This document shows, piece by piece, positions 9,308 to 18,268 of a stretch of 64,000 nucleotides of DNA. Where the stretch lies: IMG/VR virus record IMGVR_UViG_2030936005_000022, positions 62,001 to 126,000 of that record; one strand, written 5' to 3'. The notes beneath the pieces were generated by a model. It saw nothing but the letters and a program-made list of their open reading frames with translations, searched no databases and had not been told where the DNA came from. Positions within the stretch are counted from its first letter, which is position 1; every line of letters starts with the position of its first letter. Position numbers and translations under genes: made by a program. The DNA comes from an uncultured virus (IMG/VR IMGVR_UViG_2030936005_000022). Its lineage: Duplodnaviria > Heunggongvirae > Uroviricota > Caudoviricetes.

Positions 9308-9865
9308 GTATTGTTTTTTACGTTTAGTGCAGTTCTTCCAAGAACAGCTTCTTCTTACACAGATATCGTCCCAATGGGTACGAAGTTGTTTGTGCTTACG
9401 AGCACCGCGAAATTCTGGTTCACCTTCTTCCTTTACAACACCTGCTGCCATGCGACGAGCTTGTTGGTTGTGTGGGCGTTTGTCACGACGAGTAGTGTGA
9501 CGGTTACCAGCAGTGGTCATTGGACGTGTCCAGTAAATGCGACCACGGCCCCAGCAATAGTACTTACTATAAGACACGTACTTTTTGTTGTACTCTGCTA
9601 GAAGTAAATCAGGGGAAACCATTAAACCACTTTGTGTGTACAAATAGAAGCCTACGTGATTACATTCAATCGGACGAGAATACCACCAGCTTCTATAATG
9701 CTGGTAGAACGCATCACTTGATTTAGTGTATGGTCCAACATTGAATTTCATGAAGCTATGGAAGCGTTGAATATCTCCACTCTGCCTAATGTGCGTGTAC
9801 AAATCATCTACAATTTCAGTTTTACCTGAGTCGTGGTAGATCACGAATGTTTGGTCAAAGAACAT
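9296..9865 (-). CDS. Hypothetical protein with basic C-terminus (WDD...SWK...RKKQY)
   Basis: 189 aa, AGGAG SD. Confidence 0.75.
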   Translation of the reverse strand: MFFDQTFVIYHDSGKTEIVDDLYTHIRQSGDIQRFHSFMKFNVGPYTKSSDAFYQHYRSWWYSRPIECNHVGFYLYTQSGLMVSPDLLLAEYNKKYVSYSKYYCWGRGRIYWTRPMTTAGNRHTTRRDKRPHNQQARRMAAGVVKEEGEPEFRGARKHKQLRTHWDDICVRRSCSWKNCTKRKKQYKGS

Positions 9866-9939
9866 ATATTCTCTCCTATTAAGTTAAAGTACCTTAATGG
9901 AAAGACATGCGACCCTTGTGTTGTTTTTTCATATATCTC

Positions 9940-10074
9940 CTACATGATTGCGTACAAACCGACGCATAGTGCTACTAAAATTAGTACTGTAATAACGATA
10001 GCTGTACCTTTTCCCGGTTTGCCTAAAAACAATACCGCGAGTAATTCTAAAATCCCACCAATCAAATCATCCAC
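9940..10074 (-). CDS. Small membrane protein (44 aa, not in ORF track)
   Basis: GTG start, two hydrophobic segments, fills the gap between genes. Confidence 0.5.
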   Translation of the reverse strand: MDDLIGGILELLAVLFLGKPGKGTAIVITVLILVALCVGLYAIM

Positions 10075-10781
10075 TTAGTCCACCTTTTTCGGGAAACGAA
10101 TACGAAAATCTGTCATGAGTTTATTATATCTGGGTTTAATCACTGCGTCAAGCGTTTTCCAACGTTCTTCGAGTGTACCAGTACTGTTATTATATGTGTC
10201 AAAAATGATATCATGAATATCTTTCAAATACCATATATGATTGTATTTAATTGTTGTTAGTGATTCAATTTCACAATTGTCTGAATGATTGTAGTAGTGC
10301 ATGGCCTGTACTGGAAACTTGAATGCATGATACAAGTTTTTAAGGCCCAAATACTTATCATAATCATCTTCTACTATTAGCTTCTTCTTGCCTTTATTAT
10401 AAGCCTTAGAAGAAATCGAACTAATATTACTACGTACTTCCCAATCTTTTTATTATCCAATTCATCGTAGATCATAGAATGATGACCAAAATCTGAGGAA
10501 TAGAAATTGAAGTACTTTGGTTCTAGTGCATCTAATTCTCTTACGATTTCAGATGAATACATTGGTGTTATTTCCAATGGAATATTCAATTCTGGAATTT
10601 TTACGTGAATGGTTTCAGATAGATTGTAGAAGTTAAGTAGTGCAATGTCAACATCTTTAGGTTCAACGAAGAAACCTTCTTTAGCTTCAATGAATGAACC
10701 ATAGATAACAAATACTGCATTATCACCGAATTCATTATTGATATAAGACGTTATATCTTCAATTGCTTTTTTAAAATCCAT
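10075..10781 (-). CDS. Pol-beta-superfamily nucleotidyltransferase-like protein split by an indel at an A5 run (about 10449)
   Basis: IYGS...KDVDI motif; adding one A joins ORFs 10377-10793 and 10075-10350 via NKKDWEVRSNISSISSKAYNKGKKKLIVEDDYDKYLGLKNLYH. Confidence 0.6.
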
Positions 10782-10791
10782 AGTACTCTCC

Positions 10792-10821
10792 AAAAAGAAA
10801 AGGCCACTAAATTAGTGGCCT
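10792..10821 (-). terminator. Intrinsic terminator
   Basis: AGGCCACTAA-A-TTAGTGGCCT plus T-run on minus strand. Confidence 0.75.
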
Positions 10822-10895
10822 AAAAACAACATGGAGTCAAAATGTTATTATTGTTATAACATTATTTATCAATGTTGTTTTGAAACAGGCACTAA

Positions 10896-11144
10896 TTAAG
10901 TGCGAGTCCATTGCTGGGTTTTAACCTCTAGCACTTTCTTCTTGCCCTGTTTAACCACTTCATAGGTGGTGATTAGAGGGGAACCTTTGGTGCTACCTTG
11001 TAGACCTTTGTCAAAGGTAATGGTACGGAACTGCTGACGGGTTAGCACACCCTGCTGGCGTAGCTTCTTGAAGCTCTCTAGAGCGGAGTTTTTGTCCATC
11101 TGTGCACGACGGGTGTTCTGAGCTTCTTTCTTATTCTTTTCCAT
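10896..11144 (-). CDS. Small basic protein, probably highly expressed
   Basis: Own promoter, AGAGG SD, strongly biased codons. Confidence 0.8.
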   Translation of the reverse strand: MEKNKKEAQNTRRAQMDKNSALESFKKLRQQGVLTRQQFRTITFDKGLQGSTKGSPLITTYEVVKQGKKKVLEVKTQQWTRT

Positions 11145-11177
11145 TATAATTTCCTCTTTTGTTTTGATAACATCTAT

Positions 11178-11206
11178 ATTATATCACATTGTTGAGCGTT
11201 TGTCCC
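11178..11206 (-). promoter_or_regulatory. Promoter GGGACA-N17-TATAAT
   Basis: TTGGGACA-AACGCTCAACAATGTGA-TATAAT. Confidence 0.85.
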
Positions 11207-11214
11207 AACTTTTT

Positions 11215-11478
11215 TTACATGAAAATTTTCACAACAACTGCTATGAAACCAACTACTAATACTATACCAAGAAGTACAGATAGGTACTCCATGAATGGAT
11301 CATACATTGAACTAGTAATTGCATCTAAATGCATAGAATCACGACTCCAATACCCACGGTCCCATTCTAGTTTGTCTTCCCCATCTTCATATGGATTGTC
11401 ATCGGGGTATGAATTATCCCAAGCATTCCAACCTTCATCGTATGGTGTCATTATATCACCTAATTTTGTTTCCGTCAA
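11215..11478 (-). CDS. Small protein with C-terminal TM helix
   Basis: YxEGW...NPY...WxRG motif plus hydrophobic tail. Confidence 0.6.
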   Translation of the reverse strand: MTETKLGDIMTPYDEGWNAWDNSYPDDNPYEDGEDKLEWDRGYWSRDSMHLDAITSSMYDPFMEYLSVLLGIVLVVGFIAVVVKIFM

Positions 11479-11686
11479 TGTCGTAAACAGAATCTTTCAC
11501 TTCATGTTCTAGTACTCGACAATTCCAATCCTCAACTGCTGATTGAGGTTCGTATGAACCTTCCATTTCTAAGGAGCAATGCAAGCATTGCACACAGTCA
11601 AGCATTCGAGTACTGAAGTCGCCTTTTCGCCAGTATGCAGCTTCACCACAGCACGGACAACCATAAACTTTCACTTCATTGGACAT
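11456..11686 (-). CDS. Lar-like (restriction alleviation family) Zn-ribbon protein
   Basis: CPCCG...CLHC...AVEDWNCR pattern. Confidence 0.6.
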   Translation of the reverse strand: MSNEVKVYGCPCCGEAAYWRKGDFSTRMLDCVQCLHCSLEMEGSYEPQSAVEDWNCRVLEHEVKDSVYDIDGNKIR

Positions 11687-11704
11687 ATTATATCACTCTA
11701 ATTG

Positions 11705-11726
11705 AAAGGGGGCAATAGCTGCCCCC
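11705..11726 (-). terminator. Terminator after phoH
   Basis: GGGGGCA-ATAGC-TGCCCCC. Confidence 0.65.
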
Positions 11727-11732
11727 AAATTA

Positions 11733-13190
11733 TTATAGATTTTCTTCTGCAAATTCTGCTAGTGCAGAACGTACAACACCTTCTAGTTCAACGATACGGC
11801 AACCTTCCCAATCTTTGAACTTCTCAACTACATACGTTAGGCCACTGTTTACAGGGCTGATGAAGCGGGAGTCAATCTGGCTTAGGTTACCCATGATGAT
11901 TACTTTACAGTTTTCACCAGCACGTGTCAAGATGGTTTTTGCTTGTGCAGGGGTAATGTTTTGGAATTCATCAACGATTAGGATCGTGTTAATGAAGCTA
12001 CGACCACGAATAAAGTTCAATGCTTTGAACTGCATTACGTTGCGTTTAATGATTTCCTCAATGCTTCCTTGTGGGTTAGCATCATCTTTGTGGAGGAATT
12101 CTAGGGCATCAATAGCCGCTCCACAGAATGGAATAACTTTTTCCATTTCAGTACCGGGTAAGAATCCGATATCTTCAAATTGTGAATCTTGTGTTTTGGA
12201 GAAGATAATACGTTGATACGCATTCTTCTGTTCTAGCACTAGGTCTAACGCCGTTGCTAGGGTAATTAGGGTCTTACCAGTACCAGCAGAACCTAGAAGT
12301 ACTGTAATGTGTACATCAGGATCTAGAATACTGTTAATAGCCATCGCTTGTTGAACGTTTTTAGCTTTGATATCCCATACTTTAGCACGTAGAGATTTCT
12401 GCTGTCCAATGTCCAAGAATACCATGTATTCGGTATCGTCTTGTACTGAAGGATCAACATCCTCACGACGACCCCAACCTTCGAACACAAAGAGTACATC
12501 AGCATTATCTGCAATGTAATCACCGATGTATAGGTTAGTTGGTAGAAGAGGTTTAATTGCATCTTCTGGAATGTATTGGAATAGTTTACGTTGAGCTTGT
12601 GCACAATATACTTGTGTTTCAGACTCAGCTAGGGTAGCCCACAAATCAATATCAATGATATGATTTCCGGTGTGGATTAGATCACTGTCTTCGATTGTTA
12701 CGTCATGACGATAGTCTTGTACTTCTACGCCATAGGCTAGTGCCTTAATACGCATATTAATATCACGAGTTACAAGTACTGATTCAGTAGCTAGAGCAAC
12801 TAGGATAATCTTATCATCAGGTACAGTACTATTAATTAGTGTTTGTACTTTGTTAAAGTCTTTATCAGCAGCATCAACTTTAGTGCGTAGCAATGCTTCT
12901 GCTTCTTCAACGGTAGCAACGAATAGACGACTGTTCTTATCCATGTGTTTATGGATCTTAGAAACGTCCACTCCAGTACTAGAGATTTCTTCATGGGTCG
13001 CTGATTCAAGAATATCAGAAATGTTGCGAATTGCGACACGAGCATCACGACTTACGTCAACATTGCGGCTTTTGATGGAATCTAACTCTTCAAGTACTGT
13101 GAACGGTAAAATTACTGTTGAGCCAGCAAATGCTAGGATAGCAGATGGGTCACCAAGAATTACGTTTGTGTCTAGAGCATATTTTTTCAT
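11733..13190 (-). CDS. phoH: PIN domain-PhoH ATPase fusion
   Basis: PIN: LDTNV, EELD, DDKII, TRDINMR; PhoH: GSAGTGKT, GFLPG, RGRS, DEFQN, GNLSQID. Confidence 0.93.
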   Translation of the reverse strand: MKKYALDTNVILGDPSAILAFAGSTVILPFTVLEELDSIKSRNVDVSRDARVAIRNISDILESATHEEISSTGVDVSKIHKHMDKNSRLFVATVEEAEALLRTKVDAADKDFNKVQTLINSTVPDDKIILVALATESVLVTRDINMRIKALAYGVEVQDYRHDVTIEDSDLIHTGNHIIDIDLWATLAESETQVYCAQAQRKLFQYIPEDAIKPLLPTNLYIGDYIADNADVLFVFEGWGRREDVDPSVQDDTEYMVFLDIGQQKSLRAKVWDIKAKNVQQAMAINSILDPDVHITVLLGSAGTGKTLITLATALDLVLEQKNAYQRIIFSKTQDSQFEDIGFLPGTEMEKVIPFCGAAIDALEFLHKDDANPQGSIEEIIKRNVMQFKALNFIRGRSFINTILIVDEFQNITPAQAKTILTRAGENCKVIIMGNLSQIDSRFISPVNSGLTYVVEKFKDWEGCRIVELEGVVRSALAEFAEENL

Positions 13191-13254
13191 AAACATCCTT
13201 ATCTATATATCGAGACATTCCTTGTCTCTCAATCGTATTTAGGTACGATAATTT

Positions 13255-13557
13255 TTAGTTTTTTGAAGGTGAATAGTCAACATAACACTGTAGACCCTTC
13301 ACCTTTTCAGTCCAACATTCCTGATAGACTAGTTGCCCGATGATCATTGGAGTGTTAGACAATCCAAATTTCACCTCGTTTGTACTGGTCTTGTACTCAA
13401 AAGAACATTTGCTGTCCCGGCACTGACCAATATTAGTTACAGTAGCAGTATTGTAGTAAACATCCTGCTTACGTGTATTTTCAATTTGTTGATTGCAGGA
13501 AGAGACTAGAAAGGCAATTCCCAATGTGACTACGCTTGCAACGATAACTTTATACAT
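13255..13557 (-). CDS. Predicted lipoprotein/membrane protein
   Basis: Hydrophobic N-terminus followed by VSSC. Confidence 0.6.
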   Translation of the reverse strand: MYKVIVASVVTLGIAFLVSSCNQQIENTRKQDVYYNTATVTNIGQCRDSKCSFEYKTSTNEVKFGLSNTPMIIGQLVYQECWTEKVKGLQCYVDYSPSKN

Positions 13558-13882
13558 TTTGGCTCCTGATGAATTTTAAACCATTTTTAAGATAGCACTC
13601 AATATTTGCTTTCCCTACAGGGTTTGCACTGTGCACTACATAATCAAAAACACATTGTAACTCATTATCGATCATAAAGTCAATAATAAATTTAGCAAAA
13701 CTGTAACCAGTTTTCTCGTCCTCGGCTTCGTCACCCAAGTCATGATCGAATGAAATGAATACGGGAACACCGTGATTTTTGACATATTCAACGGCTTCAT
13801 CGTAAGTACGCACAGTAATAAATCCTTTATTTGGATAGTACTTTTCTGCGTCCCTCAAATCATCAAGAAACATACTGTACAT
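13550..13882 (-). CDS. Cyclic-phosphate-processing receiver-like domain protein
   Basis: FLDDLR, ISFDHDLG, TGY, VHSANPVG motifs. Confidence 0.8.
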   Translation of the reverse strand: MYSMFLDDLRDAEKYYPNKGFITVRTYDEAVEYVKNHGVPVFISFDHDLGDEAEDEKTGYSFAKFIIDFMIDNELQCVFDYVVHSANPVGKANIECYLKNGLKFIRSQNV

Positions 13883-13886
13883 TTTG

Positions 13887-14447
13887 TTACCCTTTGTTTA
13901 CGTATGATACTAGTAAGTTTTTAGTACTTACCAGATGTTGAAGTTCCACTTTAGCAGAACCAATGAATTCTTGGTCTAGGAGTACATTATATCCGCACTC
14001 GACCTTGTTTGGCTTTTGATACCTACAGATATGCATAAGGTTTACACCAGCATTCTCTGCACTAAAATGCTCACCTAAATGTGCATTGTTTCGAATTTGT
14101 ACAAGTTCTTCATATGATACTTCTAATGAAAAACTATGGTTGTGTGATCCAGAGCCATTTTTTAAAGTAAGTAATGGCTCTAAGCGTTCAATAGGAAGAT
14201 CGTAGTTAATCTCTTCGAATGCTTCCCGTTTTACTGCTTCTTCCAATGATATATCATCATCTTCAACGCCTCCACCAACGGCTCCCATAAGACCATCCCA
14301 ACGTAATTCTGAAAGTACTAGAGATACGTTAGGAATGTCGTTATACGGGTAGTTCGCATACGGTGTACAGTTTTTGGCGTATATCCAAACGAAGACGCAA
14401 TCAAATCTGTTAGATCTCTCCCCGAATGGTAGCTCTTTATATATCAT
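13887..14447 (-). CDS. Nudix hydrolase, NUDT16-like
   Basis: RWDGLMGAVGG, Nudix box GGVE...AVKREAFEE, C-terminal FIGSA. Confidence 0.8.
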   Translation of the reverse strand: MIYKELPFGERSNRFDCVFVWIYAKNCTPYANYPYNDIPNVSLVLSELRWDGLMGAVGGGVEDDDISLEEAVKREAFEEINYDLPIERLEPLLTLKNGSGSHNHSFSLEVSYEELVQIRNNAHLGEHFSAENAGVNLMHICRYQKPNKVECGYNVLLDQEFIGSAKVELQHLVSTKNLLVSYVNKG

Positions 14448-14456
14448 TATACCCTC

Positions 14457-14828
14457 TTAGGCATAGACTGATAGAATCCAAAGATCGACGTTAAATTCGC
14501 TTGCTCTACGACCGAAATATACTAATAGTATCCAGTCTACGCTATCGCGAATGTCGGGTGTTACCTTCTCTCTTAGATCTGAAAAACTAACAGTGTTAAG
14601 TAATTCAGTTTCCCATTCAGTGTCTGCCGCTTGATCAATTACGTACCCAAAGTAGTGTGCATCAGATAACTCATCATATATCATTTGAAAAGGTGAGTCA
14701 ACCTTATTGATCACATCGTAAACATGATTTATGTACTCTTCGGCATTTTCAAAACGACTTGTATCGAATTTACCAAAATCTACTTCAGTTCCATATAAAA
14801 TAAATGTTCTTGCCGTTACTTCACTCAT
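14457..14828 (-). CDS. Hypothetical protein
   Basis: 123 aa, ATGA overlap. Confidence 0.7.
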   Translation of the reverse strand: MSEVTARTFILYGTEVDFGKFDTSRFENAEEYINHVYDVINKVDSPFQMIYDELSDAHYFGYVIDQAADTEWETELLNTVSFSDLREKVTPDIRDSVDWILLVYFGRRASEFNVDLWILSVYA

Positions 14829-15585
14829 AAATCCATCCTCAATAAAATAATATCTTTCAATTTAGGGATGGCCTCTGACGCTGGCTTGTAAATTTTCTCG
14901 CTAAACATCCAATCATTATCTGACTTTCGTATGTTAACATTGTATGTATAAGCAGGTGACGCACCAGCCATCGAAGACCACTGGATCACTGTGTCGGAGG
15001 AACCCACTACCACAACGGTATCTTGATCTGTCAGGGATGCAAGTACTTTGTTGCGATCTTCGTATAATGGTACACGCTCACCATATACGTAACGTTCTGA
15101 TTCCCCAAACATAACAACATTTGGTTTCGCATACACCCCTTCTTTCGGTATATAGGCTTCATAACCTAAGTACTCAATGTTAAAAGAGTTATCTGCTAGT
15201 GAATAGTTCTCTATTACTTCTAAAAGATCACCATGTAAGTGCATAGCGGTTCCACCTGCACGTTCATATAGATCATCGACGTTAGTCGTCATGTGTAAAA
15301 AAAGATCATCCCCGTATTGTTTTTCTAATTCAGCAATCACGTGATGAGCGGCGTTAGGTACTTTTCTTTTAGGTTTACTCTCAAGGTATTGTAAAATGCG
15401 TGTACTTTGTGATAGTAAGCTGAAAGATTCGCGATGTTACATACGTGGTTTACGTTAGTATTTTCCCAGAGTGCGTCTTCGTCAAATCTGAAAGTACTGA
15501 TCCCTGATTCTGCTGAGAGACCTGCACCTGATATAACTAACAGTCTGCGTTTACCTTTGTTTGCCAAGAACTTATCCAAATCCAT
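14825..15585 (-). CDS. Sir2/sirtuin NAD-dependent deacylase split by an indel at about 15363
   Basis: GAGLSAESGISTFR; PNAAH restored across the shift; TTNVDDLYERAG, HLHG, KPNVVMFGE; no Zn-binding cysteines. Confidence 0.88.
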
Positions 15586-15593
15586 CCTTCACC

Positions 15594-16040
15594 TCACTTA
15601 GTTTTACCTGAGTATTCCTTTCCAAATTTAAGAGTTTCTGGTAGTGCTCCAAGTTTATGTACTAGATCTATAATGTCTTCATCCGTATCTTCCGGTTGGT
15701 ACACTACACTCATGTGACATTTGAAACTAGGGTGCTTATGATCAAAGCCAGCCTTCTTCAACTCTTTGTGTCTTTTTTCGATCTCTGGGGATTTCAAGAT
15801 CAAAGCAATTGCTTCGTATTTTGATCCCTTCTTACCTAATCGCTCAACTCCTACGATCTTCGCACTGTACGACTTAGTATTCACTGGAAGATCGATCTCT
15901 GGATCTGACTCATCGTATACTAAGGTAACATGAAATTTCGTTGGTGTCAAGCATTTTATTCCAGCAGTTTTAAAAACTTTTTGGATTTCTTTTCCTTGTT
16001 GCAAATCTAACTGAAGTGCAACGAATCCTTTCCCTGCCAT
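15594..16040 (-). CDS. acb1: 2H phosphoesterase, Acb1/T4 57B-like anti-CBASS nuclease
   Basis: HVTLVY and HMSVVY (two HxT/S motifs), GFVAL, S...RH...G.DH, KEY; 148 aa; TAAATA upstream. Confidence 0.75.
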   Translation of the reverse strand: MAGKGFVALQLDLQQGKEIQKVFKTAGIKCLTPTKFHVTLVYDESDPEIDLPVNTKSYSAKIVGVERLGKKGSKYEAIALILKSPEIEKRHKELKKAGFDHKHPSFKCHMSVVYQPEDTDEDIIDLVHKLGALPETLKFGKEYSGKTK

Positions 16041-16073
16041 TTTTTATCCTTTTGGGTAGTTAATATACTGTAT

Positions 16074-16484
16074 TTACGTATATAATTTAACTCCACCCCG
16101 GTACATATAGACTCCCTTATCAGTAATTACATGAATGTACTTAACTGATGAATTTGGAACTGGAACGGAAAAGACGTAGTACAAATAACAACAGCGTTTA
16201 AATTCTTCCATCATATCGTTGGTTACAATCTCAACCTTCTTGTAACGCATTGAGAGAATTAATAAAGACCGTTCAAATGATGTTGTTTGTGAAACACCCC
16301 AACACATATCATTTTGTGCATAATGTTCTTTGGTGCACAAAAATTTTACAATGTCAGGGTTTTGTTCAACTAATACACGCATCTCGTGTGTAAGTTGTAC
16401 AAACTCACTAATACTTTTAGTCCGTTCATACACCATCTTTAAGTAATGGTGTATTCTTAGGTTATTAGTATGTGAAGATATCAT
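16074..16484 (-). CDS. Hypothetical protein
   Basis: 136 aa in operon. Confidence 0.65.
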   Translation of the reverse strand: MISSHTNNLRIHHYLKMVYERTKSISEFVQLTHEMRVLVEQNPDIVKFLCTKEHYAQNDMCWGVSQTTSFERSLLILSMRYKKVEIVTNDMMEEFKRCCYLYYVFSVPVPNSSVKYIHVITDKGVYMYRGGVKLYT

Positions 16485-17058
16485 ATTCAGAACTTACGCT
16501 AGTTACATTAGTACTAACAATTTTGAAGATATCAGTTACACGGTCAACCATCCCAAGATTACCTTCTTTATTTGCAATATGGAATGCTTGCATTGCTGCG
16601 ATTGCATGATAAGTACCACTACCCACAGATGTAATTTGAGTTTTAGGTTGTAGTACTGAGAAGTCTTCTTGAACTTCGTAAATCACATGGTCGTGGAGAA
16701 TAATAAACTGACCACCACCAACGTCTTGTGTATTGTCACGTGAACCCCATTCATCTTTGAATAGTTTGCGAATCTCTGGAATTACTTGATGCACTAGATA
16801 CTGAGTAACAGTAGTACCTTTCTCTTGAACTGGTAGTTCTAGTTTATGGTCAAGAAGCTGTAGCATACGGAACGAAGTGGTTCCACCTAATGCTAGAGTA
16901 TGTTCTTCACGTTGTACACCATCTTCAAGTACTTTGATGAATTTCTTCTCAAAGATTTTAGGTTCAACCATCACTGACTTGGTAAAACCATTAGAGCCTA
17001 ATTTATCACCTGCAATGAAAGATGATTCCCCGTTAGTATAAGCGATAATACAAGTCAT
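16465..17058 (-). CDS. HslV/proteasome-beta-like Ntn peptidase
   Basis: N-terminal M-T-C-I-I-A, AGD, KIF, VGSG...AIAAM. Confidence 0.75.
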   Translation of the reverse strand: MTCIIAYTNGESSFIAGDKLGSNGFTKSVMVEPKIFEKKFIKVLEDGVQREEHTLALGGTTSFRMLQLLDHKLELPVQEKGTTVTQYLVHQVIPEIRKLFKDEWGSRDNTQDVGGGQFIILHDHVIYEVQEDFSVLQPKTQITSVGSGTYHAIAAMQAFHIANKEGNLGMVDRVTDIFKIVSTNVTSVSSEYDIFTY

Positions 17059-17070
17059 TTACATTCCTTA

Positions 17071-17352
17071 TTAGTTTTGATAAACAAACATCATTAGAAT
17101 AATCGGCGTACATGCAAGTACAACCCAGAATATACCAATAACCGTTGTCTTGAATACTGCACCACTTGTACCGGGATGTGGGCTTTGCCAAAATCTCCAG
17201 TACACACTTTGTATACGGTCTTTAATTGACCAACCTTTGTAATGCTTGTTGAATAAAATAGGCAGAAAAGCAACGACTGTGCAAACAAAAAAGAATACAA
17301 ACAGTCCGAAAATCTTTTCTAACGCTAGCAGTACTTCCATAATGGTTTCCAT
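17071..17352 (-). CDS. Membrane protein
   Basis: Two TM segments. Confidence 0.65.
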   Translation of the reverse strand: METIMEVLLALEKIFGLFVFFFVCTVVAFLPILFNKHYKGWSIKDRIQSVYWRFWQSPHPGTSGAVFKTTVIGIFWVVLACTPIILMMFVYQN

Positions 17353-17356
17353 ATTC

Positions 17357-17596
17357 TTATCCCATGTAGTGTTTGATAACTACTGGAATAGCTACTAAAC
17401 CAACCATCCACGCAAGATAACCTAAACAATGAAGTACTTGATAGACGCGAAGTTTAAAAGTACTTTTATTTTCATGTTTAGCCCAACCGATTAAACAGTT
17501 AGTTTCACTGTGGGCTATTCCGTTGAATACCAGCAGGAATGGACCCACACCGAACCACCAAACAACCATGAAAAATGCTGCAATTGCTGTTGCCAT
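17357..17596 (-). CDS. Membrane protein
   Basis: Two TM segments, GAGG SD. Confidence 0.65.
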   Translation of the reverse strand: MATAIAAFFMVVWWFGVGPFLLVFNGIAHSETNCLIGWAKHENKSTFKLRVYQVLHCLGYLAWMVGLVAIPVVIKHYMG

Positions 17597-17623
17597 AATT
17601 AAACCCTCTGTATAATTGAGAGT

Positions 17624-18037
17624 CTAGTATAATGCCTGTTTGGTGGGAATGCAAGATAAATCTTCAATAATTTTTAGTTCATATTCGAATTCATATTTTT
17701 TACGAATTGAGCCATCCTGTACGATAAGGTGCGTTATACCGTTATGTACATAACAGTCAGTGATGTAGCACTGATGAAGAGGGAATATGTTTGTTTTAAC
17801 ATACATCCAAACTTCACCAATCTTAAAGTACACATCATCTTCATTGCGTTCGTAATCAGTAACTATACCACGTGGTATTGGGAATTTCGATTCCATGACA
17901 ATTTGATCATTTAGTAGTTCATACATTTGCATATATGCATGATTACGTTCTTCAGTACTAGAAGCAGTACGTTGAATGTAATTGTAATGTTCGTTGATAC
18001 GATACAATGTATGACCTAGTAGAAGTGGTTGACTCAT
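17624..18037 (-). CDS. Hypothetical protein
   Basis: Likely start MSQPLL at ATGA overlap. Confidence 0.65.
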   Translation of the reverse strand: MSQPLLLGHTLYRINEHYNYIQRTASSTEERNHAYMQMYELLNDQIVMESKFPIPRGIVTDYERNEDDVYFKIGEVWMYVKTNIFPLHQCYITDCYVHNGITHLIVQDGSIRKKYEFEYELKIIEDLSCIPTKQALY

Positions 18038-18252
18038 AGCATTGCTACCGGACCGAGAATGTAGATTGCAATTAGACATGCAAACAATACAAATAGGAAA
18101 CTTTTGAATTCCATAAACCACGCTTTGAAACGGAATTTACGAGTATGAGTTTCGTTATCAACTGTGTACCAACCACGAGTAGTTGCTTTAACAATAACGT
18201 ATGCAGAACCCGTTGACAAAATGTACATAATAGCTAGCATTACATATTCCAT
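18034..18252 (-). CDS. Membrane protein, paralog of 19176-19385
   Basis: ATTxGW...WFxExKS motif; GGAGG SD. Confidence 0.65.
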   Translation of the reverse strand: MEYVMLAIMYILSTGSAYVIVKATTRGWYTVDNETHTRKFRFKAWFMEFKSFLFVLFACLIAIYILGPVAML

Positions 18253-18268
18253 AATTACCCTCCAAAAA

